Made by a program: the position numbers and the translations under genes. A stretch of 55,069 nucleotides of DNA, counting the filler, from Sluysia triapertura (lineage: Eukaryota): NCBI GenBank assembly GCA_046118255.1. It is 4 parts of 4 records of this genome, joined end to end, with 100 filler letters (N's around TTAATTAATTAA, not from the genome) between each part and the next. Parts side by side here need not be neighbours in the genome. Positions count along the whole stretch, not along the records: positions 1 to 15,924 come from JBJNIA010215031.1; positions 16,025 to 29,381 come from JBJNIA010044683.1; 2 more parts are not named here. The stretch is one strand, 5' to 3'. The number at the start of each line of letters is the position of its first letter. The stretch's first letter is position 1. A model generated the notes under the pieces. The model did no database searches. It had not been told where the DNA came from and was given only the letters and a program-made list of their open reading frames with translations. This document shows, one piece after another, positions 12,620 to 24,300 of this stretch.

Positions 12620-12981
12620 CTATAAAAGCGACTAAATGATGGTATATACATATCTAGACAGAAAGCAAAACTATTGCTTTAAATACGACAATTGTTACAG
12701 TATTGATTTCAGTGTGTGAAAGAATATATCATTAAGGTTTATATGTAACTTAAATTTGCTTACAAGAAACAATGTCTTGTTGCATTACATGTCCGTGAAT
12801 GCTTTGAGAAGTATCACAAACATTTATTAAATACTACAGTGAAAAATTAAAAGTAAATTAATAGCGTTTTAATTTATTTTATTTTTTCACTGTAGTAAAA
12901 AAAATTGTTTTGATGTTCCAAATTTCTTTTAAACAATTATTTCAGTCACATAATTTATTTAAATAAATAAAACTACAAGGG
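12620..12981 (+). mobile_element. piggyBac 3' remnant (C-terminal Cys-rich tail and right end)
   Basis: KQCLVALHVRECFEKYHKHL at ~12767-12830 matches the PGBD C-terminal motif; the end ...CAAGGG is followed by TTAA at 12982-12985. Confidence 0.65.
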
Positions 12982-13748
12982 TTAATGTTAACGATTATGA
13001 TTTTAACAATAATATTGAAACTAGGGCATGCTAAATTAAAGTTATTAATATTTAAGTCTTCTTTTATGCCTTTGCTTAACAAAGGAAAACCTTACTTACA
13101 CTAAACAACCTAAGGATTATAATAAATGAAATTAGTGAAGTATGATTTTGATCTTCAAATCTTCTGACTTCACTGGATTGCTTATAGTATTTCGCCAAGT
13201 ATTTGATGAGTTAAATCGATTGTCAATTAATTACAAATCGTCAATTGATTTTTTTATCCTTATGTAGTAACCGAAGACGATTGGTAATGTGCTTGTACGT
13301 TGAATCGTTTTAATAAGACTGATTATTGTTGTTGAGTTTTTATTTTAGTTACTTCAATTGATATATGAGAATTACACTATATAGATTAAGCTCAAATAAA
13401 AATTTTATTATTATATTTTTTTTGATATTAAAATCTCCATTGGTTTTTCCAAAATAACATCCAAATAATCAAAATTCTTTCTTTGTAGTGGATCTCTGTC
13501 AAAGTTACTATAAAATGATGTATCTAAAATGACAAACTAATAATAAATAATACAATAATAATAATAATAATAATAATGTAAAAATTTAAAATATATTAAG
13601 TATTATAGTATATTTGAATGTTTTGAAATGAACTCTTAGTCTCTGGTAATAATCTAAACTTTAATAATATTTTCACTTAATATTTTCACTACTTAAATTT
13701 ATCTATTAATTAATTCTGAAAGTAATATTGTTAGTACTTTAGGTTCAC

Positions 13749-13959
13749 GTATCCAGAAGCTGAAATAATAAAAGAATATTAATAAAATTAAAAAATAATA
13801 ATAATAAATTAACCTTAATTGACCTAAAAGAAATAAGAAATAATAATAATAAATGGATAATTCACTCACCTTTCTTCTGGTTGCCTGTTACTAAAAATAA
13901 ATAATTAGTAATGAATAATCTAATGAAACTACTTCATTTCTGTGTTGTATACAGTGTTC
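13749..13959 (-). other. Candidate micro-exon cluster (27, 21, 10 and 11 bp segments)
   Basis: AG/GT-bounded segments 13933-13959, 13870-13890, 13814-13823 and 13749-13759, separated by 42, 46 and 54 bp AT-rich introns; the next 33-bp intron contains TACTAAC. Confidence 0.4.
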
Positions 13960-15109
13960 CTAAAAATAAATATTTATTATTTTCTGATGAATAAAGTTAA
14001 ATTAAAGTTAAATTAAAGTTAAAGAATAAATTAAAGTTACTCTCTAAATAACATACTTATGAGAAGAATCTGTTGTGACTTAATAATTAGAGCTTCGTTT
14101 GACATCATTCGTAATAAAGTAACCACAGTTCTACTATCGTTCCTGCATTCAAAACTTTGGCATCAATCGTCAATTAAGCGGTTAAAACTTTGAGAATCAA
14201 TTGTTAATTCAGTGTGTGGTGTTACAACTATCGATAATGACTTTATAGCAGTAACAACACAAAATTCATTTTACACATTTCCACTTCTTTACATATAACT
14301 CCATACACAAACAACAAATCACAAACTACAAATTTCAATATAAACTTCTTTGCATCAAATGTATCGCCAACATGGTAGTTTGTTTCTTCACCTTTGCCAT
14401 GACGAATCCTTATTAATTTAAACATTATTTTTTTATTTTTCTGTGTCGTTTTTATACTTTTCTCTTCCTTGTACTAAAAGCTTAATAATATTCTAGATGA
14501 AGAATGTCGAAATTCACACACTGAAAGAAGACACTATTTTGCTAAGGAACATTTGCTAGTAGTATCCAAGTATTATTTACTTAGGTTGATGTGAAAATGC
14601 ACATTCAAGTGTTCATGCTCGAATCTTAGAACGAGTTAAAGCGGCTGCATTGCGTCGCCCTCAATTAAGTTGTGAACATACTTCGCTTTTACCAGATTAT
14701 CTTTTGTTACAGTTGGAAAAAATGAAGTACAAAGAAAGTATTATTAAAACTACTTAAATAAAAAATTGAACTTTATCAAGAATTGGATAAAAACTATTCT
14801 TGATGATAAAGGCAAAACCTATCATTACTAAGAAACACAAAATCAAAATTGGTTCAAATTCAAAAAGTGAATTTGATATTGTTATTATTCGTGAATTATT
14901 TGGTAATGGTTATGGTATGAATTTAGAATTTTATGGTATTAAAAAGTTTAAGAAGATCAGACGCATGAATTATCGACATTCCACATATTTTTAAAATTCT
15001 ATTTTAAATTAATTTTACTGTTTTTGTTTAAATAAGTTTCGGTTTCAATAAATATCAACAAGAATATATTATATATTATTCTTTGTACAATATATCCAAA
15101 CGAACATAT

Positions 15110-15300
15110 ACATTAAACATAGTTTTCCAAGGAGCAACGAGATCGAGTCGATTTTTCACCACATCTGGAAGAATTTCAAATCAAGCTAAGCTCCGAAAAT
15201 TATGTAATATGCCAGTTCTGGAAATATGTATACGAATAAGAAGAATGGGATTTTTTGGAAGATTCCTAACGTGCATTGAAGTCTCACCGTCGATTCGAGT
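15110..15300 (+). mobile_element. RTE-type non-LTR retrotransposon fragment (region C-terminal to RT)
   Basis: VFQ...GRISNQAKLRKLCNMPVLEICIRIRRMGFFGR resembles the RTE pattern RISN-E-...-IRxRRLxWFGH. Confidence 0.5.
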
Positions 15301-15924
15301 TATTACTGAACGTTTATATTTTATGTAAGACCTCGATGTAACATTAATTCCTTTGTGTTTATTTTCTTAAGATCTTTTTGTATGAAACTTTTATATTATG
15401 TTTGATAATGAAGGTTCTGGCCATTTCATGTATCCAGATCAAGTCTGGACTATATATTTGTTTAATTTTTAGTGGCATACTGCCTTTGTTTTATTCGAAA
15501 TATGAAACTTTTCGTTTTTATTTGTTTAATCATATTTCACAATCGGACCTTAAGTCCCTTTTTAGATTTAGTAAACGTTTTCATTCAACTAATATTAATA
15601 AATATAAATATTTAATTTCTTTAATTAATTTCGAATTTACAATAAATTACAACTTAGTAAACAGTGATTAAAGTATTGATTGTTAATTCAGTGGTTAAAG
15701 TATTGTAATGTATAAAATTTATTTATATATTATTACTATATTTGTATAAAATATGTTTATATTTTAATATTTCTTTTATATTTTATTTTATGTATTTTTT
15801 ATGTTTTGTGTGAAATTATAAAATATTATAAATATTACAAAAATTATTAAAATTATTATTTAAAAAATTATAATTACAATTACATTAAAATTAATATTTA
15901 ATTATTTTAAAATTAATTCAAAAA

Positions 15925-16024
15925 NNNNNNNNNNNNNNNNNNNNNNNNNNNNNNNNNNNNNNNNNNNNTTAATTAATTAANNNNNNNNNNNNNNNNNNNN
16001 NNNNNNNNNNNNNNNNNNNNNNNN
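15925..16024. other. Assembly gap with TTAATTAATTAA linker
   Basis: N run interrupted by a six-frame-stop linker. Confidence 0.97.
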
Positions 16025-16029
16025 CCTTT

Positions 16030-16620
16030 TATAAGATAAAACGTTTATCGTAGGCGAACCCATTTTAAGAATAATCATAATTGTTCGTAGAAAACAGAAC
16101 AATTTATATATTTCATTGTGTACAAATTTACATTTTATAAATTTTTGATTAATATACTTTCGAATTCAAATTGATTTTTATTTACTATCTAACATAAGGC
16201 CGCCGATTTTACTCAGTCGAAAATTTCACTTAAATTTTATAAAAAATATTAGAAATTAAGGAACACCGTTTTTGAAATAGGGTTGTAAATTCCATTTAAA
16301 ATATCATTTGAATTTATTTTGATAGCTAAAATTCTTCAAACATTTTGTGTAATAAAAAACCTAAATTAACATTAAATAAAACTTACCAGCTTTGCCCAAC
16401 TTTTGATAATTTTAAAGAGCCGATACTAACATTACGTAAAACATAGTAACTTTATCCAAAAAAAAGTATAATCGACTTAATATAAACTTGCTATACCTCC
16501 ATATAAGTTCTTCTAAAATACTGCTTGCAACTTAGCCCTTAAGTATGTAAGTCTAAGATTGTAAAGAACTCACAACAAAGCATAAATCAAATTAGATTTA
16601 TTCAATTCAAAATTAACAAA
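16030..16620 (+). repeat. Dispersed repeat family B, copy 1 (related to 44251-44620 inverted and 49790-50420 direct)
   Basis: Shared blocks CTTAGCCCTTAAGT, GAACTCAC and CATAAGG...TTTTACTC.GTCG, about 75-80% identity by eye. Confidence 0.6.
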
Positions 16621-17788
16621 TTATAAAAAAGAATATAAAAGAAAAATAGTACTATTTTATAATTGCAATAAGGAAGTAATATATAATTTTTAATTAAAAC
16701 CTAATTTTTAATAAAAACATAATTTTAAATAAAAACATAATTTTTTAACAAAAATAATTCTTAATAAAAACATTCATTTATTACGTCGAATTTGGAGTCC
16801 TGATTGTTCAAAACTTGAAACTGTGCTAAAAGTGTTATGCCTTGAAGGTTGGTACATAAAGAAAAAATAAAAAATAATGATAACTGATAATGGCGATCAT
16901 GAGGACTCGTGTATCAAAAAGCATAATATTGACATATTTGGTTATTATAATTTGATTTTATTATAAGATTTTGTGGCTTCACGTTTTATAATTTATGAAT
17001 TGTGTTGAGTATAATGAATTAATAATGTGACATTTATTTGATATAATATAATTTTATGTAGAATTGCTGATAATATAAATATATTTTATTTTATAGTATT
17101 ATACTGAAGTAGCGATATGTAGAAAATGTTTTATATGTAAATTATGTATGACTTGAATCATAACTTTGTATGAATTTGTGTAAGAGCGACTACTAGATTA
17201 TAGTGCATGATTGAAACACTACAATTATTTTCCGATCCTTTTTAATGCAGAATCATAAAATCATATTTCAAATAACCCTCGTTGACAAGAGGATATAAAG
17301 ATATTAACAAGTCTCATTAAATTTATTGCTCTATTAGTTATTAAACCTTGACTAGCATTGAACTCTAGCATTAAACTTTTACGCAGTTGATAATATCTCC
17401 GTAACTTTACTTTAATTCTGATCATCACAGGCAAACTAACTAATTTTGTTAATAAACTATTTATGATTGTAGGTTATGATTTTGATTTTAAAGAAACCAC
17501 ATCAGTTATAAATAATGTAAATTTAAAATATTTGCACTATATTTTTTTCACCATATTTTCTATATATCTTGAGAGAAGTGATAATTTAAAATATTCGGTG
17601 ATATTTTTATAAAATTAAAGTATTATTTATATTAATTAAAATATAAAAATAATAAGGTTTTGTATAAAATTGAAATCAAAAATAAATCTAAGTAAACATC
17701 ACGTGAAAACGTATTAATTATTATCATATATATATATTACCGTAGCATTAATAGTAAATATATAATACTACTCGAAATTATTTGTAAA

Positions 17789-18301
17789 ATGCTTACATTT
17801 TATTTTGATGGAAATTTTCAAATAAAATGCCTACACCCAAGAAATTATCTTTTGAAATGGGATGATAATAAAAAAAGATTAACATCTACTCGCAATTATA
17901 CTGATTCTGAAACATGGTTTAAAATCAAATTTTATAAAGACGATCATGAAATTGATAATGAAAAGAGTGAAGAAAAATATGTTATTATAATAAATTCACA
18001 GAACTTTCCTCTATGTATAAACAAAAAGGAACAATTAATCAAGTATTCAAATGATTGTAATTATACTAACATAAATAAAGATGATGAAAGATTATTTAGT
18101 ACTATTTGTGATAATGATAAGTATTGTTTTTATTTTAAATTAAATAAATCGGAATCATATGTGTTAACCATGAAAGATGAAAATTCTGTAATTTTAGAAA
18201 AAGTTACAAAAATGATAAATGATTTTATAACTGATTTTTCTAAAGAATTAATTATAAATAAAATCTGGAATTTACGAAATACATCGTTAAGAAATGATTG
18301 A
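17789..18301 (+). CDS. Intronless 170-aa protein, beta-trefoil-like pattern (FGF/IL-1/fascin/ricin-B type), no signal peptide
   Basis: Intact ATG-TGA ORF in very AT-rich DNA. Three pseudo-repeats: FQIKCLHPRNYLL...ETWFKI, YVIIINSQNFPLCI...ERLFST and YCFYFKLNKSESYVLTM...KIWNL. AATAAA at 18411. Confidence 0.6.
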   Translation: MLTFYFDGNFQIKCLHPRNYLLKWDDNKKRLTSTRNYTDSETWFKIKFYKDDHEIDNEKSEEKYVIIINSQNFPLCINKKEQLIKYSNDCNYTNINKDDERLFSTICDNDKYCFYFKLNKSESYVLTMKDENSVILEKVTKMINDFITDFSKELIINKIWNLRNTSLRND

Positions 18302-21300
18302 ATTTACACTTGTATTTGATTAGTGTCTAAACATAATTCAAGTACCATTTTCTCCGAAAGATTTAGAAATATTTATTAATAATATATATTATATTGTTTC
18401 AATGCCTAATAATAAAGACGAAAATAGTACTATGATATATTAATTTTGTTCATTAATATTGATATTTATCATTTTTTTCATCAACAAATTTATTCTGTAT
18501 TAAAATTTATTAATTTTTTAATTTCTGTTTTTGATTAATGAATCTGATTAAAAACTCGGTCATTTTGATAAACATGTCGATATAAAGCGGTTTAAATGTT
18601 ACCTATAATATTAAGGTTTCAGAAAAAAATGGTAATTATTCGTACTAATACTATTACTTCTATGTTAGTACAACATTATCTTGCTATAAAATAATTATCT
18701 GAATATTATTCGTATTTTCTTTGATTTTAAAAAAAATTACACTATTGAGCGAAGAATTACTTTCACATTATTTTTGAAATTCAATAATTGCCAATAGCAA
18801 CTGTAACTATCAGAATTATGTAAGTTAAAACTCTTCTCAAATTTACAAAATAGAAATTTATGAATATTATTTCGTTTATTATTTTTAATTTCAATATTCT
18901 CTTTATTTTAATTTAAAATTCAATTTAGTTTCATGAGAAGTTTAGATATTATAATTATGAATCCTTAAAAATGAAGGTTCCATCTGTTTTACAGCCTCTA
19001 GAATTCCTTAAGTTTATAAGATTCTTATGTACTTACGCTCTTTTTGATGTCGTTCTGGTTGTAGTGAGTGCGGCGAAATGTTTATCATTCTATTCTTATG
19101 GTTTTTTATATATCATCAGCAAGCACAGTATTTAATACACAAATTACATTTTTCGAATTCCAAATGCAGTTTCATTTTCTTTTTGATACATTAAATCCGA
19201 AATAAGTTATTAATTACTTGTAACTTTTCTTTTCAAAGTTTGAATTTAGGTCTACGAAATTCTTTCTGTTAGAAATTGCAGGATTAATCTTGTTAATGAC
19301 TCATTAGTGGATATTTGTTTACAGCTAATAAACCAGAAAAATTCACAAACATATCTATAAATAATTAATATACATTGTAAAACAAATGAATTTATTGCCA
19401 TTGTTTTTTAAAAAATAAACTATCTAGAGAAAATATCATAGATAATGGATTAATAAATTGTTTGTAGAAATTTTGTAAAATGAATATTCGGTTTATTAAA
19501 CGTGTTAAATTAATAACTAGGGCACATTATATTTTACCGAAATAATGTTTGGTCGAACATGACAACCTTGAGATCATTTAAGACCTTATAAGCTTCTAAG
19601 ATTTCTTGAAACCTTGATAAGCACTTAAAACCTATGAGCAATTTAGTAGAAAATTTGAAATTTGTAAAATATTTGAGAAATGGATTTATTGTTACTAATA
19701 ATAAAGATAAATTCAATACATTGGTAATTAATACAAAGAGGTAGAAAAGGAATCAGAGATGATGAAGGTAAAAACATCTAGAATCCCTGAGTGTCTCATA
19801 AAGTAGGAAATAGTTTTAGAATCTTAAAAAACCTTTAAACACATAATAAGAATGAGTCTAAAAACAAATTAATTATTAGAATCTTAATTAACTTACTTAA
19901 GAAAAGTACGTTTTTGTAAATAACGTTGAATGTCACAACTGAAACTGTATATGTTTGTATATTTGTTTTAAAAATCTTTCGATGAGGATATGGTTTGACC
20001 GAGTTCATGCAAGGAAAGCCTTAATATTGAACAAAGACAAATCTTAATTAATTTTTTAAACTCAAAATGATTAAAAAGTTAGTTTATTAATTCATATAAT
20101 TTTTAAAACCAGGCGCGTACTTAATTCAAACGATTTGTCTCTTAATCATTTAATAAAACCTAATGAAATGTTCATTTACTATGCGAGCAATAAAAATTGT
20201 ACTATGCCAAATTTGTTGCTGAGTCCAATTCATGCTTCTCATGATATGACAGTTATCGTTATGCAGAAGTATAAAGTACCGTATATCGAAAATTGTTCCA
20301 CAGTAAGGTAAATCTACTTCGCTCTAAGTAAACTTCGGGTATTTTTTCCGTGATACGACTGATAAAAGTACTGAGATTAATCATTTACTAAGATAACTAC
20401 TGACTGGTTTTAATACAATCTATTAATCTGATTGAAACAACATTGAAATCGAATCTGGAAATCGAGTAATATAATTTCAGGATTTGATAATGTGAAAAGA
20501 TATTTATCTGACATACAACGAAAATTTCCTTCCGTACTGAAATACACTCGATTATTAAAATTAATTAGGATTATTAATAATAATGGTATGATAGTCACGT
20601 ACGTCATCGATATTGTGATTAGAAGTACATAAGTCAATAATTGAATCATCGATTTACAAGTACCTAATTGTAAAAACAATTGCAAAAATTTACATTAACG
20701 TAATACAGGTACGATTGTAAAAAAAATAGACGCAGCAATAAACTTTGGATAATACTATGATTGAATTTCATATGAACTATTGTGACATTGTAAACATACA
20801 ATAATGATGTTATTACTAATATTACGAAATTAAATTTAGCAAACATCAAAGCAAATGAGTATTTTAATTTTGATATACCATCATCACAGAGAATGATATC
20901 ACTCAACATGCTAACGATTTATTTATTATCATCATAGTAATAGCAATATTAATTATAACATAGTAATAAAAGTAATAATTGTATAATAGCAACAAAATAA
21001 AAATAACAATATTAATAATGTTCATTAAATATGAATTATAACATAAGATCGTCAGTATAACAATGTACGATAGCATTTATAATAATGAGTGATGACATAT
21101 CCAAACCTATTTAAACTATATGCTTAGAATTTTGTAAATGAACGAATAAAAATTGTACTAGAATGAATGTAACGTGAATAATTTAAATTAGGAATAAAAC
21201 TAAATTAATAAGAACATTAATATTAAAAAGAAAGATATCAAAAACTAATATTTTATTAAATGCATTTTAAATAAATATTTAAACAAAATTTAAATATAAA

Positions 21301-24300
21301 CAAAAACTCTAAACGGAAATTTATTTTAAATATAAACATTTCAAATAAATAATCAATCATTCAAGTATGTACAGGAAATCATTTAGTATATAAGTAAGTT
21401 ATTTAGTAAAAACATTTCAACATTTTGAATTGATTAATTTTGAAAGTCAGAATTTTTTGGAAGCAGTTTGGTCGTCGAAGAGCAAGGATAATTTTAACGT
21501 CGTAACTGGATAAAAGAAGATAATTCTGAACCGCAGAAATTTTTAAAGAAGATGAATTATTAAAAGAATTTCAATTCATCGGAAGTGAACAAAAAAGATA
21601 ATTCTTGACGTAGAGTTCATTTAGAGTCACGCAAGATTTATTTAGTAAGTTTGTATATGCTTAAGAGATATTAAATTCTACTAAAAGATCTCATAATATT
21701 TTGAAGGACCATTTTAAATAGGTTCTTAAGCTAAATTTTTGAACTATAAAAAATTTAATTAAGTTCTAGACAAACTTAATTACGATTATTTATTACATTC
21801 ATTTTTATTTTTTGGTAATAGTTTAATATCTTATTAAATCAGTCACTTTTCAACTATTGGTAGTTTAAATATTCTTAATCTTTTAATTTTGTCCCTAATT
21901 ACGTAAATAAAAAGTTTGTATATAAAATAGAACTACAATTTAGAATAAATAATCATTATTACATACTTTAACATCAAAATTATTCTTATAATTTTTTAAC
22001 TAGATTTCTAAATATTTTATCATTTTATAAAATATTGTAAAATTGAATAACATTTTCCGATGAGTTTTAATGCTTGTGTTTATGCAAGGATTGATTGTTA
22101 ATACGAAATATTATAAAATAATTAATTAATCGCTTAATATTTTATTAAATGATATATTAAATATGCCATAACAAAATGTCTTCACATTTTAAATAAATGC
22201 TTGTCTATTGCACAATATTTAGTGATAATAAAAGTAAAAATCGCAACTAAAAATTTTACATAACATTTATTATTTATTTGTAAAGTCAAATTCAGAAGTT
22301 ATGACATAAATAAATCGTTTATGATATAAATTGTTTACAAAAATACTTTTTTAAAAATGAACATGACGTAAGGTGAAGATACATCTTAACTAAACTCACA
22401 GAAATAGATCTATAATCGATTCATGTAATTACACAGATAATATTGTCTTTCAATGATGTTTATTTTCGAGAAACAGGTTAATATTTGTTAAACTATAGGC
22501 TTTAATCACATTTTGATTTTGTAGTTTCAAAGTTTTTTGTTCATCTCATATATTTCAACAAAATATTTCGATATAAAAATTTAATTACCTTCTTGCTAAC
22601 CCTTATAGCTGTTAGTTCTGCCACATCATTTACTATAAATACGAATTAAAGGCATTTATTATCAAAATAATTTAAAAGATATTTAATTTAAATTTAATAT
22701 TAAAGCTTACCTACATTAGTTTTTTCAATTAATTTAAAAATATTTGATTTAATTACAAAATATTAAACTTTACTTACATTTTATTAATTTAAATCCAAGG
22801 AATTATAAATTACAGACAAATAAATAAAAACAAAATCGATAAAATTATGAAATCAATAAAATTGTGTAATAATCAATTCTCTGTGTGCGTTATTTACAAT
22901 GTATATAATAATCAATTCAATGTGTTATTTACAGAACGATTAGTTTTCAAATCACAAGTGAATTATTCTACATCAGATTTATTAAGCAATTAGATTCCAA
23001 ACCTAATCTTATAGAATTGTTAAGACAATTTACATCAAAGGTCAACTACGACCTGCCTTTATTTCGCTGATCAATGGTATAATCGTTATTTTTGTTGCAT
23101 TATAAGATAACGTGAAGAAAAAGTGGCTTAAAATCTTTATTGAAAATTTTTACAACCTTTTAAATTTAGGTAAGTGAGTTCTTCAATCTAATTTCTTTCG
23201 ATTTGTTGAGTAGCAAATCTTTCATTAAATAAAGTTTACTTCTTTATATGCAAAACCTACCAATGTACTGTTTGATGATTTGATATTTTGTGTAAGATTG
23301 TCTTTAAAAGGATTGTGTTAGCCTGTGTTAATGTTTTCTTACGATTATAGTGTTTTAATCTTGAGTTCACTATAGTCATAATGGAAGAAAAAGTCTAATC
23401 AAATTTTTCAACGATAATTTCAAATCTTTAATTAAAATTTTCCAACGACGGTATCAGAATTAGTATCAAATTTCTAGCATTATGGAATTTAGGATCATAC
23501 AAACGATTGATTTAACCACATTAAAATTTATTTATTTTTTCATGTAGATTTATTAAGTGGTTAGGTTAATTTGTGGTGGTCTGTGCTTCCTAGTATTTGG
23601 GTTTTCATTTTATTAAATCCAATGCCTCTCTGCTTGCCATTTAAGTATGGTACATACCGCATCGCGTTTCCTACTTTCTACTTTTGATTACGTTTATTTA
23701 CTTTTTAAATTAAATGCTTTTATTTTAAATTAAAATATAAAAGATTTGTTTTACTTTTTATTTTAAATTATAAAATTATTTCCTCGCATTATACATATAC
23801 ATATATATATATGTATAAAATAACAATATAACACTAAATAATCTTTTCAATACAAAAAAATTATCATGTGACCCACTTGATAATTATTAGAATGTAATTA
23901 TCAATATTATTAATGTTTAAAAACACATTTAATATCATTAAAGCCAAATTTAAATAATTTGCATTAGTTTATTTACTTTCAATAAATTACTAAAATTTTT
24001 TAAAAAATGTTTAACCTCCTGTCTACCACAAAATAATCTCACTATTTCGATCCACTGTATTCATAGATCAAATAAGTTGACTTTTAAGTGTAAAGGTATT
24101 CGATCTATTTTAAACAAAGAAATTCCAGGAATTTTCTCAACCTTATAAACGTTTTTATCTAAAACTTCAGTTGGATTCGAATCAGACAAACAAACCGTAA
24201 TGTACGGTTTCTTGTATAAACTTAAATTTCTGATCGTTCAATTTTCAACAAAAAATAATTTCTAGAATAAGTTTATAGTGGTTTTAGAACTCACAAAATA

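Noticed and set aside
15969-15980. TTAATTAATTAA motif in all three gaps
   Set aside because: Artificial scaffold linker giving stops in six frames; not biological.
21440-21650. Possible Harbinger-like nuclease N-terminus
   Set aside because: Resemblance too weak, with multiple stops and no catalytic motifs.
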